Shown piece by piece: positions 24,200 through 34,577 of a DNA stretch of 34,577 nucleotides. This DNA is from Selaginella moellendorffii (Eukaryota; Plantae; Lycopodiophyta). Both the position numbers and the translations under genes were made by a program. The stretch is taken from the NCBI RefSeq assembly GCF_000143415.4, contig NW_003314447.1:65608-100184 (forward strand), written 5' to 3'. Under the pieces are notes generated by a model. That model ran no database searches. It saw only the letters and a list, made by a program, of their open reading frames with translations, and was not told where the DNA came from. Position 1 is the first letter of the stretch. Each line of letters starts with the position of its first letter.

Positions 24200-25760
24200 A
24201 CATTAGATGAGTTGCAATGATTGGCTAATATAGTTTTCACCTCTAGTTCTACCATTACCTAATAGCGTTGTAATGTACTTCATGGAAAGAATTTCACACT
24301 CAATTGTTTGAACCAAGTTTATTTTACCTTGCTTTTGCTTAGAGATGCTTCTAATAAATTTAACTGTCTTACCTTTTTTTGCTGGCCTCTTGTGCATTTC
24401 TGTAGGAATAGTCCTGGTTTTGTCACTCATGTCTCTAACTCTCCTCTCAAGATTGAAACCAGATTTTTCAAGGTTTTCAATCTCATCTGAGGTGAGCACG
24501 ACCCTATTAGCAATTGGCCATTTTTTAGGTATTGCATCAGATTTAGTCACTATAGTGTCTTTAAGCTACTTCATATGGTTGGCGTTGGTGTTGCAACAAT
24601 ACAGCCAACACCATCTCAAAAATCTTGTTTGCCTTCATTCCTCATAGAAACATGGGGCTGGAATAAAAGCAAATTTGTTATCACGAATCCAAACCTAACA
24701 CTTGCCCCTTGGAAACATCCCCACACACTTTACATTTGATTTTCCTAGCATACGTCGGATTGCTCATTGTTTTGGTTCCACACTATAGTAAGCAATTTCA
24801 ATATGTTATGATGCACTCTCTTCATCAGCCACTTGAGGTGGCTCGGTCCGAGAGTGGTGTATTGGAGCAAAATGGTACTCGACATCAGGCCTGTGAGGGC
24901 TTTTCACTCCAAGGTCCGTATCAACATCTTCACCAACAAAGGAAAAACAACAGTTTGAGCGAATAGTTTTCATATCACCAATAGAAGTCTGGGGAGTGTA
25001 CTCCATAAATGTGCCATGGATGGGAACAAAGCCTTCTGTTGAGATGTTACATGATAGGATGAAAAGAAAATTAATTCCACCTCCTTGAACAGTGGCAATT
25101 GCAATTCAGGAAGTTCTCCTTCCTCTTCCTCGTAGCTTGGATCGTGTATCTTTCTTCTTCAAATGCCAATGCTTTTGAAAATTACTCTATACACGTATCA
25201 AATTTGATAGACAGGTTTCATATAGACTCATCTTCACTTTCCCTACCTCAAAGAAATGCCAACTCAAGTTTTTACTTTCAGAGAGATTCACAGTTGGGAT
25301 GTATATGAGGTCCTCAAGTGGTTGATCCTAATGAAAAAGGCAATATTAAAAAGTAATAAAATCAGAAGAAAAAATAGAAACCAACTTGAAAAGAGTGATG
25401 TCCCCACTAAAATATCCTAACTTCCCACCACCCTAACCATGACTCAATTTGTGGTAGGCAACTTACATTTGTATTGCCATCTTCACGCACCACATTCGAA
25501 TCTCAGTTGTTTTTGCCTCATGCTCTTCTTTAGAAGGTGCAACATGCCATTGTTGGCACAACTCCTTAAATATTGATTAAAACTTTGGCTTGATAAGGTG
25601 GTAGTGCTGGTTTAGGTTTTGAGCCCAATGGAACTCACAAGTCCTCTCACAACCTTCTAATGGCTAACCATTCCCAAAGACTGCTTAGACACCATTCCAG
25701 TTTGCACCAGCCTCATCTGCTATAAAACCGTGAAAGTTTGCAAGCTTACTAGTCCACTTT
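24200..25760 (-). mobile_element. Putative Mutator-like (MULE) DNA transposase relic with short introns
   Basis: NFHGFIADEAGANWNGV*AVFG...ERTCEFHW (acidic residue plus CxxH, typical of MULE DDE transposases); WLGWW; IPTVNLSES. GT-AG segments at ~25329-25385 and ~25036-25080; stops present. Confidence 0.55.
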
Positions 25761-25769
25761 AGAACAATA

Positions 25770-28291
25770 TCGAACTTTTACTACAAATTCATTGATCACT
25801 ACTCTGACATTGTCCTTCCTCTCATGCATCTCACTCGCAAGGATGTTCCCTTCTCTTGGTCTGTTGCTGCCCAGCAGGCCTTCGACACACTCAAGGCGAC
25901 CTTCAGTTCTGCTCCCATCTTGATCCATGCTGATTCCTTACAACCTTTCTTCATCGAGGCTGACACTTCTGACTTTGCCATCGGTGTTGTGCTATCTCAA
26001 CTCAGAGCAGATCAAGAACTTCATCCGGTTGCTTTCCATTCTCGGAAATTTTAGCCTACGGAGATCAATTACGAAATCCACGACAAGGAGCTCCTTGCCA
26101 TCGTGGATTACTTTGGAGAGTGGCATTGTTTCTTGGAAGGGGCGGGCCATCAAACAATAGTCTAGACGGATCACAAAAATCTCAAGTACTTTGCCACTTC
26201 CCGAGTTTTGAGCCATCATCAAGCAAGGTAGGCACAATTCCTGAGTCGGTTTGACTTTGTTATCAAGTACAGACCTAGAAAGCTTCAGGGCCTTCCTAAT
26301 GCTCTTTCAAGGCGCTCCTATCTCAATCTCAGACCTAGTAATCCTGCCTTCGATCAACAGGATCAAGTTATCCTCGGTTTTGATCGGCTTCAAGTTATGG
26401 CAAATTCCTTGGCCCCTCAGGACTCCTCCTTCATGGATGCGATCAGAAACGATCTTCAATCTGATGATCTCGCTAGCGACATTTTCCCCCATCTTTAGGC
26501 TGGACACCCAGTGACTCCTGGCTACTGGCAATTTGACGAATTCAAGTTCTTAGATGGCTTATTGTACCATGGGGAGCAGCTTTACGTTCCTAAAGGTGAT
26601 GCTTGAAGGTTGGTCTTGATGGCGTGCCACAATAACCTAACTGCTGGTCATTTTGGCATTGTGAAAACCTATGAGCTAGTTGCATGGGACTTTTGGTGGC
26701 CTCATATGGATGACTACATCAAAGCTTTTGTTACCTCCTGTGACATTTGCGCCTGGAATAAGGTACCTTACCACCTTCCTTCAAGTTTGTTTCGTTCCCT
26801 CCCGGTCCCTTCAGGTCCTTGGGAATCCATCTCTATGGATTTCTTGAGTGATCTTCTGAGTTTTGGAGGCTTCAAAAGCATTTTAGTCGTGGTGGATCAC
26901 TTCACAAAAATGGCACACTTCTTGCCGTGTACCAAGGAGTTTTCGGGCGAGGACATGACAAAATTGATATTCAAGGAAATTTTCCAACTTCATGGGATTC
27001 TTATAGATGTGGTTTCGGATCGGGGGCCTCAGTTCATCTCTCATTTTTCGCAACGGTTTTTGCAGCTGCTTAGAGTGAAGGCCAACCTCTCTTCGGCGTA
27101 TCATCCTCAAACTGATGGACAGTCCGAGCGAACGATTCAGACGTTGGAACAATTCTTGAGGTGCTTCATCAATTATCATCAGGATAATTGGTTCTTGCTG
27201 AGTTCTCCTATAACAACTCTATTCACTCCTCTCTTCGAATTTCCCCTTTCTTTGCGAACTCTGGCCGAAATCCCCAATTCAATCTCTCACTTCCTTCCCC
27301 TTCCGAATCCTCTCGTTCAAATCCCCGCTCTGAGGCATTTGTCTCCAACCTCCAGGAAATCCACAATTCCATCTCCTTCCACCTCCATCGTGCTTAGGAA
27401 TCTCACAAAATATTTACCAATGTCCATCGTCAGGATTGTCCCACTTACAATATCAGGGATAAAGACTGGCTCCTCAGGCAAAATATCTCCACCACCAGGC
27501 CATGTCCCAAACTCGATTTCAAATGCCTTGGTCCTTTCCCTATCACTGCCATTATTAATTCTGTCACTTATCACTTTGCACTTCCCTCCTCATATCAAAT
27601 TCACCCCATTTTCACTCTCTCCTTGAGCTTTATATTCCCAGTCCTATTCCAAATCGGGTCATTCCTCCACCTCCACCAGTGCAGCTTGAGGATGGGTATA
27701 AGTACAAGGTTTAGGACATCCTTGACTCCAAGATCTCATGGTCTAAACTCTACTATTTGGTAGATTGGAAGGGTTACGGACTTAAGGAACGCACTTAAGA
27801 ACTTGTAGACAACCTGATTCATCTCTCGTCCCTCAACGCCCATCTCATCCTCCTCTTTGTTCTCATTCACGTCCTCGCTCCACTCGTTCTTGAGGAGGGG
27901 GTGTTGTCAGGAATCCCTCAATTCTTGCCACATTCCTGACTCTCGCCGGATTCCTGACTTACAGACCATATTCCTGACTCTCGAGACACTTCCTTATTCC
28001 TAACTCTCGAAACACTTCCTTATTCTTGACTCTTTGATTTCCTGTACGATTCCTGAGTCTTGAGCCACATTCTTGATGATGATGTGGCGCTTCCTCGACC
28101 TCAGCTATATTTAGACCTTCCTCGATCCAAAAGTGGTGGAGCTTCATCAACTTATAGTATATATAGGTTAGCTTTGTTCCATTTCTCCACAATCTGAATC
28201 AATGCCAGTCTAAAGCCTTTTCTTTGTTTCCACTAGCTTTTCTCTTTGTCTTTTGCATTTTCCAGTCTTGATCTTGTTGGGGGTCTTGCCA
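25770..28291 (+). mobile_element. 5'-truncated Ty3/gypsy chromovirus A: RNase H, integrase, chromodomain, PPT, 3' LTR
   Basis: IEADTSDFAIGVVLSQ; HNNLTAGHFG..CDIC; SMDF, SDRGPQF, YHPQTDGQSERTIQ; YKV*DILDSK..YYLVDWKGY. PPT GAGGAGGGGG at 27892-27901; LTR TGTCAGGA (27905) to TCTTGCCA (28291) with short ATTCCTGACTCTCG repeats. Confidence 0.92.
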
Positions 28292-28540
28292 AAAGGGTTT
28301 GATGCGATATTCGTGGTGGTAGACTGATTTTCAAATATAGCACATTTCATACCCACCACAACGAAAGTGGATGCGGAAAGTGTGGCAAAGTTATTCTTCA
28401 AACAAGTAGTTCGAGTGCGGGGAGGCCAAAAGAGATTATCTCAAATCGAGATAAAATCTTCACCAGTAGGTTTTGGGGAACTTTCTTGGAACAGTATCGC
28501 ACCAAGTTGAAATTCAATACAGCCTATCACCCACATATAG

Positions 28541-28587
28541 GTATTGGGTATTAAGTCAAGTTTGATGGCACTAACACTTCTTGACAG
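28541..28587 (+). other. Putative 47-nt spliceosomal intron in integrase
   Basis: GT...CACTAAC...TTCTTGACAG; removal restores TAYHPHI-D-GQT..VNRQL in frame. Confidence 0.75.
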
Positions 28588-29005
28588 ACGGACAAACAAA
28601 ATGGGTGAATAGGCAACTAAAAGATTATTTGTGATGTTATGTCTCATAAGACTAGATCGATTGGGTAAGTCATTTGGGACTTGCGGAAATATGCTATAAC
28701 AACTCACCACACTCGAGTATTGGGGTGAGTCCATGGGAAGTCATCAATAGGCAAGCTATTGAAGGTCCCGTGGAACTCGGCGTGGCCGAGTATCATGGAG
28801 AGTTATCCATAGTGGAAGCATTCATGACGGAAAGACTCAACATTTGGAATCTAATGAGGGATTCCTTGGAACGGGCTTAACAAAGGCAAACCAAGTATGC
28901 GAACCAGAAGCGTCGGGACGTAGAGTTCCAACCTGAGGAGAAGGTGTGGTTAAACACCAAGAACCTAAAACTACCAAGTGGGATCAGTCAGAAGTTCACC
29001 CAAAG

Positions 29006-29057
29006 GTAAAAATGCATGTATTTTTGGAAATGAATTGATCTTGAGTTCCTTAAGTAG
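29006..29057 (+). other. Putative 52-nt spliceosomal intron in the integrase C-terminal region
   Basis: AG|GTAAAA...TAG|GT, AT-rich; removal restores SQKFTQ-R-FMRPYEI in frame. Confidence 0.78.
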
Positions 29058-32000
29058 GTTCATGAGGCCTTATGAGATTGAGGCACGAAATGGTAAAATG
29101 GCTTACCACCTCCAACTTCCTCAAGAGATGGGGAAGATGCACTCAATGTTCCATATAAACTTACTCAAGCTATACTTTGAGGATTTGCTTCGCAAGGACC
29201 AAATGAGACTTTTACCTGAGGTTATCCAAGGGGAAGAGGAATACGAAGTCGAGGCCATCCTCAAGAGTAAACGACAAAGACGCGAGGTGAGGGAGTTCCA
29301 TGTAAAGTGGAAAGGATTTCCACACTGCAAAGCAACATGGGAACCGGAGGAGAACCTAATGAACGTGTGAGATCTAGTGGAAGAATTTCTGCAAGGCAAA
29401 ATTCTATGTACTTATGCAAAGTTTAATTAAAAGTATCAATTGGTAAAGTTGAGCAATAGCATATGTTGGGACCCGAAGGCGCCGAAAGTAAGCTAATTAG
29501 CATGGGTTAACTAAGTCGACCAGGCGTAGGGAACTACGCCTGACTCCCTGTAGGGATGTCGAATCTGTAGAAGTATTCTACAGAGGTTGGGTTTGAGTCC
29601 CAACTCCCTAGTAAAGCAAAGTTGGGTTCAACTCCCGACCCCATACTAAGGCATGGTGAGGTGAGGGGTATAGGGACACCTATATTCCGTTGTCATGGGC
29701 TCTTGGTCAGGGAGGCTAATTTAGGCACACCGCTAAGTGGGGGGATGCCCCCGGAGACATGGTCAACAAGTCGTAGGATTAAAAAGAAATGTTTGATGTG
29801 GGCATCGAACTTCTTCTATGGGTGGTAGAGTTGTAAGGAACCAACTCCCCAAGGTGTTGTAGGATAAAGGATCCCCAAGAGCACAACTGAAATTATAAAG
29901 AGTTTATCAGATGGGATTGAGTCTGAGATCGAGTCTAGGACTGACTCTAAGACCAAGTTTGAGATAGAGTCTGGGATCGAGTCTGAGGCCAAATCCAAGA
30001 CTGAGTTAAGTGCTCAAGAGCAGTTCCACTCCCAGAAGGGAAACCGACTGTAGTGCTCCTGGCTCATGTGGAGTGGTGCCTTATATGAGTACCTTGCGGC
30101 TCATTGGTCCTCACCCTTTCTAGGGGCTTGGGCCTTCCCTTCGGGATGGAAGTGGGGTGGTAGAGGTACCCATACTAGGCCATTAGGCCACGGTATTTCC
30201 CCCCGGCATCCCAAAGCAAGTGTTGCACCCAAGGCTTAGGATTTAGAGGGTCTCATGATCAAGCCTTGTTGTACCAAGGGATGTTAAGAACCTGGAGGCT
30301 TGGTGTGCTTGGCTGCTTGTGCTTGCGGGGAGTGTAGCTGAACCTTAAATCTAGTCTAACTCGGGGGAGGGGGAATGGGAGAGTTTTGCGAATCTGTAGA
30401 TGGATGGCTAATGCTCCGTTGCTCATGCAGTGAGTAACTGAAACCAAGTAGGACCAAGTAGGAGCTAGTACAATAAGTGGGAACCTTGGCGAGGGAACTT
30501 AGTAAAGGCCAAGGCGGTGTTAGTCGAATAGATGAGGTAAACTGGTAAATTGAAAAGGAAAAATTTATGGATTACATAACCATCATGAAAGATAATTAAT
30601 CATCCAATCAATAAAGAGATGTATAATCATTGTCAAATAAATAATTACCATTCTAGAAAATGACAATCATTCAACATTAACAATAATCAAGTAAAACCTA
30701 TGATAAGGGTAATCAACTATCTTAAATGATAATTAATCATTATCAATGATTGCTATATATTTGAACCCCATAGATCATCTCTCAAATTGTTCTTTTTGGT
30801 ACTTATAAGTACCTTTACTCCTTGGTTTCATGTTTAGGAGTTTGGCTCTATTCCTTCATTTAGTGGTCCAAGACCTTGAAACTTGGGTTTCATTCCACTA
30901 TCCTTGGATACATGGCATATGGCATGTGAAATGTGGCAAATGGGGGGTTTATATTTTATTTCATAGTTATCTTATGGTAAATCATTATAGGATAAAGGGT
31001 GAAAACCATATATGGTACACTCTAGCATTCCAATGCTAAGATTAATATGTAAAACAAAGTCAAATAGAGTGTAGTGCTATTTTAGTATACGTGTGGCTTA
31101 ATGCAAGGATATGGGTACTCCACAAGCTAGTATGGTATGGAATTTGAGTTTAGACCCAAGCTAGATGCAAAACAAAGATAGACATACAAATAAAAGTTAA
31201 ACTATGCCTTAAGTTGGTCAATTATGCCCAACTTACCCACTATCCCTACCATATATTTAAAACCCCCCCTCTTCCCCCTTGAGGAATGCACTTTTTGGGC
31301 TTTCACCTCAATTCCAAAAGTTAGTCTCTAGGAAAATCACAAAAAATTACTAAATATAAAATGGTGCTAGATTATAAATTTGGACTTAAGAATAACACCA
31401 TTGTGCTTTGGATAATCTCTACATTCCATAGATATGCTTAATTAATAGATTTAGACACTTTCCATAAATCCATAAATACAATAGGACTAAATGAAATGAA
31501 TATGAAGGGTGTTTAACAAATATAGTAAGCTATTATTTGACAATATTGAGGGACTAGTTTCAATACATGAAGATTCTTGTCAAGCTTATGTAAGACATAG
31601 CAAAAGAAAACTAAGAGCGAAGCCAAGTATGCTCAATAAGAAACACATAGAAGTTCCTATTTTATATTCTTCTAGCTAAGTACAGATGCTAAGACTATTT
31701 TACTAACACTTGAATAATAGGGGCTGAAAAAGGATTTAGTTATACCAACCTCTTGCCATTGTAGCAGTAAAGAAAGAATATCTAAAAGAACTCATTGACT
31801 AGTAACTTTCGATGCTCGCAATCACATTTATGCTTTATTAGTAGGCATTGTGAATTTTTAGATTCAGAATGGGTTTATTATTGCATGAGTATGGCCTCAA
31901 CATCAATGACCACATTGTATTTTATTCCCCAAACCTATGGAGTATACACATTTGGGGTTTTCGACAAGATCCTATTCCTTTACAGATTGTGGAGGAACCA

Positions 32001-32540
32001 ACACACTATAAATTGCATATAAAGTATCACTTGTAGAGGATCCTATGCGATGCAGTATTCATCACTATAGATGGTGTGATGAACACCCTTGATGCTATTG
32101 GTGGGTTCCATTTATTGGCACTAGCACCATAGGTGATGCTAGCACCCTCACACCATGGCCATTGGCTGCACAACAAGTAAGCCTTGATTGTGGCCTCTAT
32201 GGCTGCTAGTTGTTACTGCAAGCATGCCATGGCAGAGGCCATAAGCATTGAGCCTATGGCTGCAGCCACAAGGAGGCTCTAGCCTCCATGCACAACCTTG
32301 AAAAAAAACTAAGAAACAAAACTGCACAACCATGACCTAGGAGGAGAAGAAAGCATTACCCACCTAACCCTAGTGCTCAAGCTTGTGCTTGAGCTTTGCT
32401 TCTCTACCTTCGTACCCTAGCAAATGAGGGTAGAAAAATCTAAGTGTTGCTTTTATATATTAGGGGAAAATCCAACAGTTGTGATCAAATTGATAAAATG
32501 ATTTAAATTCAAATTGATTTAAGTGTTAGCTATATAATGT

Positions 32541-33136
32541 TGTAAGGTCCTGAATTTAGACTTCACTTGGGAGGTTATCCAGCCCAATATTATTTAAACC
32601 CAAAAATGTTTAACCCCAAATATCCCAAGACCCTTAATCGATTGGAAAAAGGAGTGCACTTTTATTCATGGGCCATTTCCCTCTATATTTAAACCATTAT
32701 GGATCGTCTCTTGAATTGTTCCCTTTAGTTGTTTACAATCCACCATACTTCCTTACAAATTTACACTCAATAAACGGAAGTTGAGAGCCACAGCTCTCTT
32801 GAGAGCTTTGCTTTCTTGACACCCTACCCCTTAGGTCGAACCTAGTTAGAACAAACTAGACCTGCTAAATGTCAATCAACATGTGGTGCAATTCCTTTAG
32901 TCAACTAATAGAGTTGGACTTGAAACTTCTTTGATACCAAATGTAAACTCTTGAATTTGGACTTCCCGGGAGGTCACTCAACCCAATATTATTCAAACCC
33001 AAGTATACTTAAACCCAAATATCATAAAACTTTTAACCGATTGGAAAAGGGGGTGCACTCTTATTCATGAGCCCTTTTCTTTTATATTTGAACCCTTATG
33101 GATCGTCTCTTGAATCATTCTTTTTAGTTGCTTAAA
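32541..33136 (-). mobile_element. Full-length, aged Cassandra-type TRIM (~596 bp): two LTRs, PBS, non-coding interior
   Basis: LTRs 32541-32737 and 32942-33136 are homologous to 669-863. Met-tRNA-type PBS TGGTATCAAAG (reverse complement at 32929-32939); purine-rich GGAAGTATGGTGGAT next to the other LTR; degenerate TSD (AATGT/AATGC-like). Confidence 0.88.
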
Positions 33137-33655
33137 ATGCTATCAATATTAGATAAATCTTATAAAGAATTGAATGGTATAAGGTTTTTTAAAGTTGGAG
33201 TAAAACTTAAATTAAATAGAATTAAGAATAACTATTTAATATAGCTTGCAGAAAGGTAAATATTAAGAAATTAAAATAAGTACCAATATTGGTATTGTTT
33301 TAAATTATTTATATTAAAGAATTCATATTATTCAAAATTTTTATTGCATCTTCTACAAAGCATATTTTTGGAAACTGATTTGTGAATTAAATTATCTTTT
33401 AGTTTTGGATTGTTTTTATTTTTATTTTCCTTATTTTTAACACTATTATGGAACATATTTCTAGAAAAGAGTGATATGGGCTTCTAGAGATTATCAAGAG
33501 CTTTTGTATGATATATTAAATTCCTAAAATTGCAGAAGAGATATTGTTGGTACTGAGTTGGAAAAACATGCATCTATGGCAAAATGAAAATGCATGCTGG
33601 CAAAAAAAAGTATTTACCTATTTCTCTTCTTTTTCATACTTTTTCCTGCCATATA

Positions 33656-33684
33656 TAGGGTTTAGGGTTTAGGGTTGAGGTTTA
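33656..33684 (+). repeat. Short interstitial plant telomere-type repeat (TTTAGGG)n / telo-box
   Basis: TAGGGTTTAGGGTTTAGGGTTGAGGTTTA. Confidence 0.6.
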
Positions 33685-34577
33685 AACCTACGCAACTATA
33701 AACATATTGAAGAACTTGACTGAAATAAAGTCTATGGGAGCTAAGAGACCAGACCATTTTTGTTTTGTTCCTGTCCCCAATCTTATGGCCAAGTGCATGC
33801 ATTGATTCCCTCACAAATTGTGGATAAAAGGAAACCCATTAAACCACGAGTAAGATCTAAGGAGTCTTCCCCAAGATCACATGCTTTCCTCTCTAGAAAG
33901 AACATTTAAAAGATGTTCAGCATTAAAGAATCAAAAACATTGGCCAGCATCGTGTACGAAAATATTCTTTGAATATCAATCGTTGTCCACAATGGATGTT
34001 GGTAATGTATATGCGCAGAGGCGCGGTCCGGGTCATGGTGTCGTACTTTCATTTGTCAACGTATTTTGACCGTATTTTGACTGTTGTCGTCTTTCTTTTC
34101 CTTTACCTTTCATTCTCAAGAAGTGAAGCACCAGTGAGGCTTTTCGGTTAGGCTGTATCAGCAAGAGTGTGCTCGAGTTTGGGGTTATGCCGAGTTGTTG
34201 TAAAACTTTCATGTATTTTTTTTCTCTTCGGGCTTATCAAACGAGCATGGATAGAAGAAGAAAGCCGAGAAAGCCAGGCTTAACGCCATCAACGAGACAT
34301 GGATCGGCTCGAAAGGAGCAAGGAAATCCAGGAAACAAAAAGACGATCCTGATGAAGACGGCAAGACGAATATGACCACAGACTACTAAATAGGTGGAGT
34401 AGAGCTTTATGTAAAAAGCTTGCTTGATATCACTAAGCGGTAGTGGTGGTCGATTTCATCAACTGGAGGGATAAAACCATGGAGCTGGGACGATAAATCT
34501 TATAAATTGCAGATTCAAACGTTAGGTTCAGTCTCACAGTCAGGATCAACCCCAAGACAATGCTAGGCATTGTGATT

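Larger units (their letters stand above)
28292..30576 (+). mobile_element. Ty3/gypsy chromovirus B (3' part): integrase core, GPY/F region, chromodomain, 3' UTR, PPT, 3' LTR (29832-30576)
   Basis: GFDAIFVVVD*FS..HFIP; AYHP..DGQT; LAEICYNNS; GPY-like motif; EEYEVEAILKSK...VKWKGFP..ATWEPEENL. PPT-like GGGTGGTAGAG before TGTAAGG; LTR ends ATTACA. Confidence 0.88.

Noticed and set aside
28215-28265. Third intron acceptor (pyrimidine tract plus CAG) before integrase B
   Set aside because: Better explained as the 3' part of chromovirus A's LTR, which ends at ~28291.
29464-29831. LTR start at TGTTGGG
   Set aside because: No PPT or TSD. The PPT and homology to 9576 place the LTR start at 29832.
33880-34577. 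Possible gene start near the window end
   Set aside because: Only short ORFs without identifiable motifs.

Overview
Eukaryotic, plant-type genomic DNA, judged from a plant-like PIG-T, chromoviruses, 5S-bearing Cassandra TRIMs, TTTAGGG repeats and ~50-nt GT-AG introns. A non-seed plant such as a lycophyte is plausible but not provable here. No intact host gene is evident. Roughly 1-22.2 kb is one large, old inverted duplication (core arm coordinates sum to ~23378). Its ~2 kb core carries a frameshifted GPI-transamidase PIG-T/GPI16 pseudogene and appears identical between arms, while the mirrored TE flanks are strongly diverged. The window is packed with nested TEs: Ty3/gypsy relics, two solo LTRs, Cassandra elements (two solo LTRs with perfect TSDs, one full element, one remnant), a MULE-like transposase relic, a third PIG-T relic and two nested chromoviruses. 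The most unusual feature is that the second chromovirus integrase (28.3-29.4 kb) is interrupted by two short GT-AG intron-like inserts. Precise removal of each restores a conserved motif and the reading frame. All alignments and identity estimates were made by eye.
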